Below, piece by piece: positions 10,015 to 20,044 of a stretch of DNA of 64,000 bases. The notes beneath the pieces were generated by a model. That model was not told where the DNA came from. It did no database searches and worked only from the letters and a program-made list of their open reading frames with translations. The position numbers and the translations under genes are program-made. Within the stretch, counting starts at the first letter, position 1, and each line of letters starts with the position of its first letter. Origin of the DNA: an uncultured Lentisphaerales bacterium (lineage in GTDB: Bacteria > Verrucomicrobiota > Lentisphaeria > JABSQK01 > UBA12247); the NCBI GenBank assembly GCA_943788985.1, contig CALSSJ010000027.1, positions 1 through 64,000 of the forward strand, given 5' to 3'.

Positions 10015-11415
10015 TCAGATATTGGTGAAGCGGATGGATTTATCGAGCTTGGCATCGCCCACGGGAATCAGCGGGTGCTTGGCCAAGCGCTTCCAGAACA
10101 AGTAGACAAAGAAGCCACCGATAGCAGCGAAAGTAGCCGCATCCTGCCAGGACAGCGAGGCAGTCGTGGTGACATCGGTGACATGGTGGCGAAGCGCCGG
10201 GGCGACTTGCCAGTACATCTCAACCCAATGGAAAATCAAGATCCAGATTGCGGCAGCAGCGAGTGCAAAAGGATTGCGCTTGGGCTCGCGGCTTAGCAGG
10301 AAGAAGAATGGCACAATGAAGTGACCAAGAATGAGGAGTTGGCTCCAGCATTTCCAGCCGTCTGCCCAGCGAACGTGGTACCAGAATGTCTCTTCCGGAA
10401 GTGTTCCGTACCAGATCAGGAAGTACTGCGAGAAGGAGACGTATGTCCAGAAGATCGTGAAGGCAAACATCCATTTGCCGATGTCATGATAGTGCTCGAT
10501 CGTGATCGTGTCAGCTAAGATTCCTTTCCTGCGCAAGTACACCACCACCAAGGCGGTGAAGCACATCATTGACAGAAAGGCGGCAGCGAAGTAGCACAGG
10601 CCGAAGATTGTGGAAAACCAGGCCGCTTCGAGAGACATCATCCAATCGTAGGCGGCGTAGGTGATGGTCAACGCGAAGAGCACCATGCCGATGGCGCAGA
10701 TTGGGCGAATTTTAGCCCCGAAGTTCGGACTGGGATTGGTGTCCTGCGCTACCGAGCGGCTGTAAAGCAGAAAGGATAAGACGGACCAGACCAGGAAGTA
10801 TATGATGCTGCGAAGCTGGAAGAATGGGACATTCAGATACGCCTTCTTCTTTTGCACGAGTGCGTGGTGAGCGGCATGCGGGTCATGGTCATGGCCGCCA
10901 TAGGCCCCGTCGCGCTCGGAATGATCGCCGGTGGAAGCATCGTCGCCGTGCTTTGCGTGCTCCGCGTGGACATCATTACCCGCGTGATCGTCGTGGTCTG
11001 CAACGGCAACGGCCTGTTCACTGTGGTCATCCGCCACTGCATGGGCGGCGGGGGCATCGCCGTGCCCGTCGACTGCGGCATTGATCGGTGCCCATTCGTA
11101 CTTGCCGACGAGCAGCAGGATAGGGATGAAGGCGATAAACAGCCAGGGCAGATTGCCCATGATGCACTCGGAGATGCGTCGTATGACGATGCTCCAGTGG
11201 GCGTCCACCAAGTGATGGACCATGGTGAAAAATAGCGCGCCAAGACTGATGGCAGCCCAAAACACGAAGCTCGTGAGGTAGGAGTGAAAAAATTGTGTAC
11301 TGTTGTTCCAGGCCCCGATTCCGGAAAGCACGGCCCCGATTACACCGATGAGCAGTGCAATGTTGGGAAGGCTCCCGAGGTCAGTCAGGCGGTTGCTATC
11401 TTTGTCAAATTTCAT
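10015..11415 (-). CDS. actF: Alternative complex III membrane subunit ActF with His-rich insertion
   Basis: About 10 TM; YLNVPFF, DWMMSL...WFSTIFG, HYHDIGK and FSQYFLIWY...PEET. Confidence 0.85.
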   Translation of the reverse strand: MKFDKDSNRLTDLGSLPNIALLIGVIGAVLSGIGAWNNSTQFFHSYLTSFVFWAAISLGALFFTMVHHLVDAHWSIVIRRISECIMGNLPWLFIAFIPILLLVGKYEWAPINAAVDGHGDAPAAHAVADDHSEQAVAVADHDDHAGNDVHAEHAKHGDDASTGDHSERDGAYGGHDHDPHAAHHALVQKKKAYLNVPFFQLRSIIYFLVWSVLSFLLYSRSVAQDTNPSPNFGAKIRPICAIGMVLFALTITYAAYDWMMSLEAAWFSTIFGLCYFAAAFLSMMCFTALVVVYLRRKGILADTITIEHYHDIGKWMFAFTIFWTYVSFSQYFLIWYGTLPEETFWYHVRWADGWKCWSQLLILGHFIVPFFFLLSREPKRNPFALAAAAIWILIFHWVEMYWQVAPALRHHVTDVTTTASLSWQDAATFAAIGGFFVYLFWKRLAKHPLIPVGDAKLDKSIRFTNI

Positions 11416-11439
11416 GGGTCTCGCTTGTCTCAGCGTGCT

Positions 11440-12306
11440 TCAAAGTGGGAGAAATTCGTCATTCAGGTAACGGCGCAATCGGCTGGAGAGCGCCGGCCAA
11501 GGCGCGACGTGCTCCATGGCCAATTCGCACTGCTCAGAAATCTGTTCGCGTAGAAAGTTCTCTCCGTGAGCGGCATCTTGAGCGAGTGTGAACTTGCGCC
11601 GTTTTCGATCAGTTCCGAGAGTCTTGCCGACGGATGACTCGTCGCCAATCTCATCCAGGAGGTCATCAGCGAGCTGGTAGGCAGTGCCCACGCAGTAGCC
11701 AGCTTCGGACAGCGCGCTGCGCGCCTCTGCGTCTTCGCCGCCACAGGCTTCCGCAACAAACGCGAAAAGAGGCCCGGTTTTTCCGCGGGCGATTCGGCAG
11801 CAAGTCTCTGCGTCGACCTCCAGTTCCCTGTACAAGAGCTCATGGGCGACCTCAGTCATGCAGACCTCGCGCACCTTCTCCACGAACGAGCGAATCAGTT
11901 CGATTGATGCACTTCGGGAGACCACGTGCAGCGCGTGGCTGAAGAACAGATCGCCCACGAGTATGGCACCGGTCGCGCCGACTTCCTTCCAAAGCGTTGG
12001 GATGCGGCGCCGAATGGCGGCCTCATCGATGACGTCATCATGAAACAGAGTCGCGGTATGGACGAGTTCAGTGCCTGCAGCAGCATCAAGCACCACTTCA
12101 AGGTCCACAACCTCTGGCTGCCAGAGCGCATGCGCGAGCCTCGTCCGCAGCATCTTGCCTGGTGAGAAGTGGCTAGAAAGCTGCTCAAAGTGGGATCGCT
12201 CAATCTCCGCTGGAAACGCGGTCATGACCGCATCAAACGCGGCGCAGACGCGACCACGTGTTGCGTCAGTGAAATCTACTTGACTCGCTGGGGAAGTCTG
12301 GATCAT
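11440..12306 (-). CDS. Polyprenyl diphosphate synthase
   Basis: GKMLR, FARM LFHDDVID-RR, KT, SARM QLADDLLD. Confidence 0.9.
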   Translation of the reverse strand: MIQTSPASQVDFTDATRGRVCAAFDAVMTAFPAEIERSHFEQLSSHFSPGKMLRTRLAHALWQPEVVDLEVVLDAAAGTELVHTATLFHDDVIDEAAIRRRIPTLWKEVGATGAILVGDLFFSHALHVVSRSASIELIRSFVEKVREVCMTEVAHELLYRELEVDAETCCRIARGKTGPLFAFVAEACGGEDAEARSALSEAGYCVGTAYQLADDLLDEIGDESSVGKTLGTDRKRRKFTLAQDAAHGENFLREQISEQCELAMEHVAPWPALSSRLRRYLNDEFLPL

Positions 12307-12498
12307 GAAAGCTCTCGAAATACAACACTATCCGCGCACGACGATGGTCGTTGGCGGAAAAGAAAGCGGGTACGGTACGATCGGGAAAGTCAAAAACAAG
12401 GCGCTACGTCCAAATTGACATGATTGAGCGAGGTTATGCCCGGATTGTGTCGGGCCTGGCACCAGAAAGGTGTGCTCGAAAATCTAGCCCTCGCATTC

Positions 12499-13380
12499 CT
12501 AGAGCGAGGCTCTGATCTCATCCATCAGAGTCATGAAGCGGCGGCCATACTCGATGTAGGTAGACTGGCGCTTCGTCGCTTCGCTAGTCACACTCGGGTC
12601 GTGAAACACCGTCCCCATGTGCGGCTCCATCGAGATGCCACCGTCGTAGCCGTTACGCAATAGATCAGTGACGACCTGCCGTACGCAGCCGCTTCCATCT
12701 CCGGCCCAGCAATGGTTCATGTTTTCGCCATCGAACTCACCGTCCTTGATATGGAGATAGGCGATGTGCTCACGCACGTTGGTATAGAATTCCCAGGTAT
12801 TCTGCCGAGGCTGTGGCTCTGGCTTGGAGCGATCGGCAGTGAATATCGGGTTGCCGGTATCAAAGACGAGCTTGAGCCCGGGCACGTTTTCCAGCATCTT
12901 CAGAGTATGCTGGTAGCTCATTCCCCCGTAATTCATGCAATTCTCGTGCACCGGCGTGATCCCGGCATCCGTGAACCGCGTGACAATCTCACGCAAGCGC
13001 CGAAACCGCTCCTCTTCCATCTGGTCGGGCGCATCGCCGCCGTCTTCCAACTTGCGGACCGCGTAGCTCATCATGCGGACGAGCTTTGAGCGCAGGCGCT
13101 GCATCCGCGGGATCGCACGATCGACCCGGGTCAGGGTATCCTCGAATGGATCGGTGACCTGGCATCCCCAGTTGGCGATTGTCGAGCCGAAGGAGTTCAC
13201 CGAGACACCGGCATCGGCAAGCTTTCCATACACAATGTCAAAGTCGGCATCGCTGATGTCGTGTAGGTTCTCGCTGCCGGCCTGTCGGCATTCGATGTTA
13301 CTCCAGCCTAACTCGCGGGTCACGCGAATCTGCACGTCTATTTCGGCGCCAGCTTCGTCGGCGAACCCAGTGAAATACAT
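12499..13380 (-). CDS. Sugar phosphate isomerase/epimerase (xylose isomerase-like TIM barrel)
   Basis: GFADE, VHEN, FDTGN, HIKD and ISMEPH metal-binding motifs. Confidence 0.85.
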   Translation of the reverse strand: MYFTGFADEAGAEIDVQIRVTRELGWSNIECRQAGSENLHDISDADFDIVYGKLADAGVSVNSFGSTIANWGCQVTDPFEDTLTRVDRAIPRMQRLRSKLVRMMSYAVRKLEDGGDAPDQMEEERFRRLREIVTRFTDAGITPVHENCMNYGGMSYQHTLKMLENVPGLKLVFDTGNPIFTADRSKPEPQPRQNTWEFYTNVREHIAYLHIKDGEFDGENMNHCWAGDGSGCVRQVVTDLLRNGYDGGISMEPHMGTVFHDPSVTSEATKRQSTYIEYGRRFMTLMDEIRASL

Positions 13381-13464
13381 GAGGAAAGCTCCCGGTTCTC
13401 AATCCAAGATGAGCCAAGACTAATAGGGCACATTCAGATGCTCGCCAGCCGATGCGCTTGGCCA

Positions 13465-14094
13465 TCACTCTCGCAGTTCGGCGTCCCAGTAGACTTTTCC
13501 GAGAAAGTCCTCCCAGCTCTTCGGCATCTCGCGCTCCCGCATCCGCCTGCGCGCTGCTTGCGTCCAGTGAGGCTCAAAGGGCTTCCGCATCAGGTGCATT
13601 CCGGCCTCGTCGGGCAAGCGGTTTCCCTTGCGCGTGTTACAGGGCACGCACGACAAAACCAGATTGGCCCATGAGGATCCACCGCCCCGCGACCTTGGCA
13701 GCACATGGTCGATATTCAGGCGCTTAGCTGGGAACAGCTTCCCGCAGTACTGACAGGTCATGTTATCCCGGGCGAAGACTGCGGCGCGCGACAGTTTGGC
13801 TCGCTTTTGGCGAAACCCGTTAAAGCAATTCAGGACGATCACTTCGGGGACTGGCAGCACAAAGTTCACGCAGCGGATTCGCTGCTCTTCCGCCAGTTCT
13901 GCTACCTCGCGGGCATCTTGCCAGGTTTCCACCCAGAGCTCAAAATCATAAAGCTGATAGTCACGGTCCACGACGCGGGCCTTCTCGCTGTAGACCTTAC
14001 ATACGGCTTCCAGCGCGGTCACAATATTGACCGGCATCCACGATCGATTCAACACCAAGACCTTGGCCTGTAGTGCGTTCCCCATTTCCTCCAC
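13465..14094 (-). CDS. HNH endonuclease (McrA-like)
   Basis: VLVLN N-terminus; RDNMTCQYCG, DHVLPRSRGG and NLVLSCVPCNTRKGN. Confidence 0.9.
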   Translation of the reverse strand: MEEMGNALQAKVLVLNRSWMPVNIVTALEAVCKVYSEKARVVDRDYQLYDFELWVETWQDAREVAELAEEQRIRCVNFVLPVPEVIVLNCFNGFRQKRAKLSRAAVFARDNMTCQYCGKLFPAKRLNIDHVLPRSRGGGSSWANLVLSCVPCNTRKGNRLPDEAGMHLMRKPFEPHWTQAARRRMREREMPKSWEDFLGKVYWDAELRE

Positions 14095-14178
14095 CTTCCT
14101 CTGCTTCGGGATTTGCTACACTACCCCATGGCGTAAAGTTCGCTCGCGCCAGCCTTGAGGGCTGCCTTCTTTCTCCGT

Positions 14179-14721
14179 TCAGCAGGTTACATCCTTTCCC
14201 TCCGTGCCGAAGAGCTCCATCCGTTGCTCGGCGGTCCAATTTGCCGCATTATCAGGGAGATAGGGAAACTGCAATACCCAGCGTTCCATGGCGGAATGAT
14301 TTTTCGGCGTGCCGTGCGGCAAAAGCGAGTCGAACACCAAGGCACCGCCCGATGGCAGGGGCACGACTAAGAACGGCGGGCCTTGGATCTCGCTGTCACA
14401 GGTCTGCCAGCTGCGCTGCGACCAGTGTAAATGCGGCTGGTGAGTCTCGCCAATGTCCAAGATGTGCATGCAGCCGTTCTCAATCGTTGCCGGTTCCAGC
14501 GCGGGCCAGATGGCCACGGCCCGTTCTTTGAGCGGCAGATTGAAACACGCGTGATCCTGATACCACGGCTTTTCCCGGCCCAGGCGTGGTTGCTTAATCT
14601 GCTTCAGCCAGGCTTGCGATGTCCGCAATTCCTGTGGCAAAGCCCGCCCCCTGATGAAAGTTCGCTGGGGGGACTCGCAGCCTTGATCTTCCACAGCTTT
14701 TCCGGCTCCTTCTACCTCCAT
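14179..14721 (-). pseudogene. Truncated or degenerate phytanoyl-CoA dioxygenase (PhyH) family gene
   Basis: KPWYQD (HxD iron motif has Tyr in place of His), ATIENGCM and LLPHGTPKN...R; N-terminal part is short. Confidence 0.6.
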
Positions 14722-14871
14722 GGTGGCATTCCTCTCGCACGTGATTCGCAGATCTCAGATCTTACTACGTCACACAGAAGCCGACATGGAAGCGATCAGA
14801 GCGTGGTTTGCAGGGCGCATCTCCACGGCCTATGGTCGTGCCAGAATAGCGACCTGTGGAGCTTTAATCAT

Positions 14872-16479
14872 ATGACCAACGCACGCCCGAACATTCTCTG
14901 GGTTTCCTTCGAAGACTGTAATCCCACGTATCCCTGTTACGGGGATCCCACCGTCCGGACACCTCACCTAGACGCTCTCGCGGAGGAGGGCTGCCTCTGG
15001 CGCAAGGCCTATTCTACGGCGCCGGTCTGTTCCCCAGCGCGCAGTGCCGTGATCACCGGCATGTACCCGATCTCGATCGGCACGCATCACCACCGTACCA
15101 ACTCAGGCAACAACTACAAATCCCTGGCCTGTAACTACCAAGCCGTGGTCCCGCACTACGTGAAGTGCTTTACGGAATACCTCCGTGGCGCGGGCTATTA
15201 CTGTGCAAACAACAGCAAGACTGACTATCAGTTTGATGCCCCGCTGACCGCCTGGGATGATTGCAGCGGGAGCGGGCATTGGCGGAACCGTCCCGATTCC
15301 GACCAGCCCTTCTTTGCCGTCTTCAACCTCGGGCGAACGCACGAAAGTGGGATGTGGGAGAAAGGCGTTCTGGACGAAGAGTTCGCGATCTCGCCTGAAA
15401 ACGTCGAGGTTCCGCCCTATCTGCCTGATACGGAAAAAGTGCGCCGCTCGATAGCCCGAAATTACACCAATATCGCGTACAACGACGCTAGGCTGGGAGA
15501 GCTGCTGGCCCAGCTCGACGAGGACGGCCTGGCAGAGAACACAGTCGTGTTTCACTGGAGCGACCATGGCCCGAGCGTCCGCGGCAAGCGATGGCCCTAT
15601 GAAGCTGGCATCCATGTGCCCATGATTGTCCGTGGCCCGATCAACCGTGAGCCCGGCACCGTCTGTGAGGACCTAGTCAGCACCATCGATCTTGCTCCCA
15701 CCGTCCTTTCACTCTGCGGCGTGACGATCCCTTGGCACCTGCAAGGGCAGGCCTTTCTTGGCCCCCGGACCGTCGCCCCGCGCGAGTACGTGTATATCTC
15801 GCGCGACCGCTACGATGAGATGTACGACATGACCCGCGCCTGCCGGGATAGCCACTTCAAGTACATCCGCCATTATCACCCCGAGTATCCCTATTTACGC
15901 TGGAACTCCTACCGAAACCGCCATCCGATCATGCAGGAGCTGATCCGCTGCCAGGCAGAGGAAACGCTAAATGAGATCCAACTCCAAATGTTTCGCGAGA
16001 GCCGCCCCGCTGAGGAACTGTTTGATGTCGACGCCGATCCCCATGAACTCGCGAATCTGGCGGATAGCCCGGCCTACGCAGAGGATCTTGCCCGCCTGCG
16101 ATCAGCGCTGGACGGCTGGATTGAGGAAGTAGGCGACCTCGGCGCGATTCCGGAAGAAACCATGGTGCGAAACATGTGCCCGGACGGCATCCAGCCCCAG
16201 ACTCGTCCACCGGTTATGGTTCCGCTGGGCCCGAGCGACTTTGGCGAGGAAATTCTCCCGACCGAAGACACCCGTTTTCAAGGCCCCCTGCGGGTGCAGC
16301 TGCAATCTCCAACTCAAGGCGCATCCATCGCCTGGTCCACGGCCTTGAACGAAACCTGGAACCTTTATACCGGGCCCATCTCGCTCGCAGCCGGGCAGAC
16401 CACGCTTCGTGTCAGGGCAGTGCGCATTGGCTACCAGGACAGCCCCATCGTGGAACAGCAGTTTGTCGTCATGGCTTAA
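14872..16479 (+). CDS. Sulfatase (S1, formylglycine-dependent) with C-terminal Fn3-like domain
   Basis: RPNILW, CSPARSAVITG, SDHG and EELFD..DP.E..NLA; ATG at 14872. Confidence 0.9.
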   Translation: MTNARPNILWVSFEDCNPTYPCYGDPTVRTPHLDALAEEGCLWRKAYSTAPVCSPARSAVITGMYPISIGTHHHRTNSGNNYKSLACNYQAVVPHYVKCFTEYLRGAGYYCANNSKTDYQFDAPLTAWDDCSGSGHWRNRPDSDQPFFAVFNLGRTHESGMWEKGVLDEEFAISPENVEVPPYLPDTEKVRRSIARNYTNIAYNDARLGELLAQLDEDGLAENTVVFHWSDHGPSVRGKRWPYEAGIHVPMIVRGPINREPGTVCEDLVSTIDLAPTVLSLCGVTIPWHLQGQAFLGPRTVAPREYVYISRDRYDEMYDMTRACRDSHFKYIRHYHPEYPYLRWNSYRNRHPIMQELIRCQAEETLNEIQLQMFRESRPAEELFDVDADPHELANLADSPAYAEDLARLRSALDGWIEEVGDLGAIPEETMVRNMCPDGIQPQTRPPVMVPLGPSDFGEEILPTEDTRFQGPLRVQLQSPTQGASIAWSTALNETWNLYTGPISLAAGQTTLRVRAVRIGYQDSPIVEQQFVVMA

Positions 16480-17797
16480 GGTCCAGCGGCTCCTCGGACT
16501 GGACTTCCGCCGCGCTCACCTGCGTCACATAATCCGGGCACGTTGCTTGCCCGGTATCCGAGCACAGAATCGGATATACCGTCACGCGCCGTGCCTGCAG
16601 CGCATCCACCAGCGCCTCGTGCCGATCCTGCCAGCGATGAACCAGCAGGTAGAACGACGGCGTCTGCGATAACACATCCAGCTCATCGTCAGACAACTCC
16701 CGCGGAGAATCCGTGAGAAACTGCACGGCGGCCAGCGCCTCCAGGCACGGCAGCTCAGTTTCCAGCTCCCTGCGTGTCACCAGCGGAATCTCCTTTTCGT
16801 GCGTGTCCTCATGGAAGTGCAGCTGAATCACGCAATTCCGCCCGGTGAGCTGGCTGCAAATTCCGGCCGCCAGTGAGACGCTGGCGCTCAGCCGTTTGGA
16901 TTCTGGCTTCAGTCCCTGCCAAGGCGCATCAAGCTTCGAGCAGAACACATCCAGAAACACGCCGCAGTCGCCGCCCAACTCATTGGCATACTCTTTCACC
17001 ACCGGCACCCCACGGCGCGCCCAAGATAGCGGGTGCAGATGCCGCGTGCTGTCCCCGAACCGAAACTCGCGGCAGCCCAGAAACTCCAACGACTGGCCAG
17101 GTTTTGCAGACGCCAGCTGGCGCCCGTCGCTCCAGGCATCGGAGGAAAGTATCGGCAGGTTCGTGATCCTGGGAAACCGCGGGGTGACGACCACCGCAGG
17201 ATTCGGCAGGCCAGTGTTCCCCCAGCGCCAGAGGCCCAGCGGAAATGCGGTGTCCGCAACTGGTAGTGGAAAGTGGTAGACCCCACGTCGCTCGACCTGA
17301 AACTCAGCACTCATCTCGGCATCCTCCCCTGGCTGCAACTCCGCAAGGTAGGGCCGGCCCTCCGGAATCCGAATCAATGGGTTCACCGGGATATGGTCCA
17401 CCAGCACATCCCAGGCCGGGCGTTCCCCTATGTTGCGGATTCGATAGCCGATCCTCGCCTTCTCCCCCTCCATCACAGAGGTCGGAAGCGCCCGAAGAAT
17501 CGTCAGCTTAGGCCGCAGCAAAAAGCCAATTGCGATGTTTGCAAGAAACAGCGCGGTCAGCAGAATTGAAAACAGGAAGAGCGGCATCAGCATGCTGGCT
17601 GAGCCGCCGCCGGTGATCACAGAGGTCACTGCCAGTAGCAACCCACCGGCCACCGTGAATCGGCGCACGAAAAACGCGTAGATCCAGTTGCTGAAGTGCA
17701 TTGCCAGCGGTTTCCAGCGGCGCTCACGCCGGCCGGGATAATTGAGCAGAGCGGGGCCGTCAAAGAAGCGGCGTTTCAGAGTGCGTAGCGAGGGCAT
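16469..17797 (-). CDS. DUF58 domain protein (MoxR-associated)
   Basis: Two N-terminal TMs, RRGVY, FPLGL and EFLGCREFRFGD..RHLH..SWAR. Confidence 0.85.
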   Translation of the reverse strand: MPSLRTLKRRFFDGPALLNYPGRRERRWKPLAMHFSNWIYAFFVRRFTVAGGLLLAVTSVITGGGSASMLMPLFLFSILLTALFLANIAIGFLLRPKLTILRALPTSVMEGEKARIGYRIRNIGERPAWDVLVDHIPVNPLIRIPEGRPYLAELQPGEDAEMSAEFQVERRGVYHFPLPVADTAFPLGLWRWGNTGLPNPAVVVTPRFPRITNLPILSSDAWSDGRQLASAKPGQSLEFLGCREFRFGDSTRHLHPLSWARRGVPVVKEYANELGGDCGVFLDVFCSKLDAPWQGLKPESKRLSASVSLAAGICSQLTGRNCVIQLHFHEDTHEKEIPLVTRRELETELPCLEALAAVQFLTDSPRELSDDELDVLSQTPSFYLLVHRWQDRHEALVDALQARRVTVYPILCSDTGQATCPDYVTQVSAAEVQSEEPLDLKP

Positions 17798-17878
17798 GTG
17801 CGGGCAGTACCTGTTTGCGGTTTACTGGGTTGGAAGGTACAGTCTGGGCAGCAAAATGAACGAACTTAGGAGCACGCA

Positions 17879-18889
17879 ATGTATAGCCAGTTGCTTGAGC
17901 AGGTAATCGCTCGCACAGATCTTTCTTCGGAAGATATGGAAGCCATCATGAATCAGATGATGCAGGGCGAATTGACGCAGGCGCAGATCGGCGCCTTTCT
18001 CGTCGGCATGCGCATGAAGGGAGAGACCCCCACTGAGATTGCCGCAGCTGCCGCGATCATGCGCAAGCACGCGACCCCGATTGATACGCGCGGACAGCAG
18101 GTCGTCGACACCTGCGGAACCGGAGGCGATGGCGCCAATACGGTGAACATCTCAACCGCAGCAGCGATCGTTGCCGCTGCCGCAGGCGTACGTATCGCCA
18201 AGCATGGAAACCGCTCCGTATCCAGCAAGTCCGGGAGTGCAGACGTGCTTCGTGCCCTCGGTGTGAACATCGAAATCGGCCCCGAGCAGGTCGCCGACTG
18301 TATCGCAGAAGTCGGCATTGGCTTTCTGTTTGCGCCCATGCTGCACGGAGCCATGAAGCACGCCATCGGTCCACGACGCGAACTGGGCGTACGCACACTC
18401 TTTAATATGATCGGCCCGCTGTCCAACCCCGCTGCTGCCCAGGCCCAAGTAGTCGGCGTCTTTCATCGTGACCTCACGCCTGTCTTCGCCAAAGTGCTGG
18501 CCAAGCTTGGCCTCGAACGGGCACTTGTCGTGCATGGGCTCGACGGGTTGGATGAGATCACGACCACAGCCACCACCCAGGTTAGCGAGTTGAAGGACGG
18601 AGCCATCGCCACGTACGAGCTGAATCCCGATGAGTTCTTCACCGAGCGTGCCACTTTGGCAGCACTTCGAGGCGGGGAGCCAGAGGAGAATGCCCGCATC
18701 ATCCGCGACGTTTTTGCCGGAGCCGGAGGCGCCGTGGCAGACATCATCGCGCTCAATGCCGCGGCCGCCATCTACGTCGGCAATGTCGCTGACTCGCTCA
18801 AGAACGCGCTAGAAGTTGCTCGGCTGTGCTTGGCCTCCGGTGCCGCCCTTCAGAAGCTAGACCAACTTGCTGCCCGGACCCAAGCCTGA
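17879..18889 (+). CDS. trpD: Anthranilate phosphoribosyltransferase
   Basis: DTCGTGGDG, NIST, AKHGNRSVSSKSGSAD and GLDE. Confidence 0.97.
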   Translation: MYSQLLEQVIARTDLSSEDMEAIMNQMMQGELTQAQIGAFLVGMRMKGETPTEIAAAAAIMRKHATPIDTRGQQVVDTCGTGGDGANTVNISTAAAIVAAAAGVRIAKHGNRSVSSKSGSADVLRALGVNIEIGPEQVADCIAEVGIGFLFAPMLHGAMKHAIGPRRELGVRTLFNMIGPLSNPAAAQAQVVGVFHRDLTPVFAKVLAKLGLERALVVHGLDGLDEITTTATTQVSELKDGAIATYELNPDEFFTERATLAALRGGEPEENARIIRDVFAGAGGAVADIIALNAAAAIYVGNVADSLKNALEVARLCLASGAALQKLDQLAARTQA

Positions 18890-18925
18890 ATGTCCCGCGC
18901 GTCCGCGAGATCCCAAATAACGCCC

Positions 18926-19861
18926 ATGAACGATCATGCCGAGCAACTCACCAAGCTGCGACAGAATCTCCAGTCCGTCATTTTTGGTAAGGACGAGGCG
19001 CTTGAACTGCTGCTCGTTGCGCTGTTCGCAGGCGGAAACATCCTGTTGGACGACGTACCCGGCGTGGGCAAGACCACCATGGCCAAGGCCCTGGCCCGCT
19101 CGCTCGGCCTCAGCTTTCGTCGCGTCCAGTTTACCCCCGACCTGCTGCCCACCGATATCCTCGGTGGATCGCTATTCTCCCCTAAGACCGGAGAATTCAG
19201 CTTTCGGGCTGGGCCGATCTTTGCCAACATCCTGCTGGCAGACGAAATCAACCGGGCCTCGCCGCGCACCCAATCCGCCCTGCTCGAAGCGATGGCAGAA
19301 GGCCACGCCACGATCGAGGGAGAGGAGCATGCCCTACCGCAGCCATTTCTCGTGCTTGCCACCCAGAATCCGGTCGAATTTCACGGCACCTACCCACTCC
19401 CAGAGGCACAACTCGACCGTTTTCTGCTGCGCCTCGAGATTGGCTATCCAAACGAAGAGCCAGAGACCAACCTGCTTTACGCCCAGCAAGATCAGCACCC
19501 GCTTCACGCTCTCACATCAGTCATGGATGAAAGCACAGTCCGCGCCATTCAGCAAGAAGTGCGCCGCGTCCGCGTCGACCGCGAAGTGGGTGGCTACATC
19601 ATCACTCTAGTTCGGGCCTCTCGCGTCGACCCGCGCGTTTCCCTCGGAGCCAGTCCACGCGCCGCTCTGGCCTTATTCCGTGCGGCCCAAAGCAGTGCCT
19701 GCCTTCAGGGCCGCGACTTCGCGACCCCGGACGACGTCAAGCGTCTGGCTGCACCAGTGCTCGCCCATCGCCTCGCGCTCACCCGGCAGGCGCGTAATGC
19801 CACGGCCGAGAAGGTCGAAGTAGTCCGCAGCTTGCTCGAAACAGAGCGCGCTCCAGTCTAA
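18926..19861 (+). CDS. MoxR family AAA+ ATPase
   Basis: DVPGVGKT, RVQFTPDLLPTD, ADEINRA, ATQNP and LPEAQLDRF. Confidence 0.93.
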   Translation: MNDHAEQLTKLRQNLQSVIFGKDEALELLLVALFAGGNILLDDVPGVGKTTMAKALARSLGLSFRRVQFTPDLLPTDILGGSLFSPKTGEFSFRAGPIFANILLADEINRASPRTQSALLEAMAEGHATIEGEEHALPQPFLVLATQNPVEFHGTYPLPEAQLDRFLLRLEIGYPNEEPETNLLYAQQDQHPLHALTSVMDESTVRAIQQEVRRVRVDREVGGYIITLVRASRVDPRVSLGASPRAALALFRAAQSSACLQGRDFATPDDVKRLAAPVLAHRLALTRQARNATAEKVEVVRSLLETERAPV

Positions 19862-19878
19862 GGGCCCGCGCGGGCCCT
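19861..19878. terminator. Perfect 18-bp GC-rich palindrome between convergent stop codons (possible bidirectional terminator)
   Basis: AGGGCCCGCGCGGGCCCT is self-complementary and lies between the moxR TAA and the rubredoxin TAG; no U-tract. Confidence 0.35.
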
Positions 19879-20044
19879 AAGCCGCCTCGACGCGCTCCAT
19901 CATGATGAAGTCCTGCTTGGCCAGGCCGCAGTCTGGGCAGGCCCAGTCGTCGGGGATGTCATCCCAGCGTGTTCCCGGCGGAACCCCTTCGTCAGGCATC
20001 CCTTCGGCTTCATCATACAAAAAGGCGCAGACCGTACACTCCAT
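19877..20044 (-). CDS. Rubredoxin domain (55 aa, absent from the ORF track; probably the fused C-terminus of the desaturase)
   Basis: Manual translation: (M)[54 protein letters not shown]. Confidence 0.9.
   Translation of the reverse strand: MECTVCAFLYDEAEGMPDEGVPPGTRWDDIPDDWACPDCGLAKQDFIMMERVEAA

Noticed and set aside
13465..14094. HNH protein as an IscB/Cas9-like or defence nuclease
   Set aside because: Short stand-alone McrA-like HNH with no RuvC motifs, no adjacent array or evident RNA, and no methylase partner.
14431..14871. 147-aa N-terminal extension of the sulfatase ORF
   Set aside because: It overlaps the PhyH relic on the other strand; sulfatase homology starts at ATG 14872.
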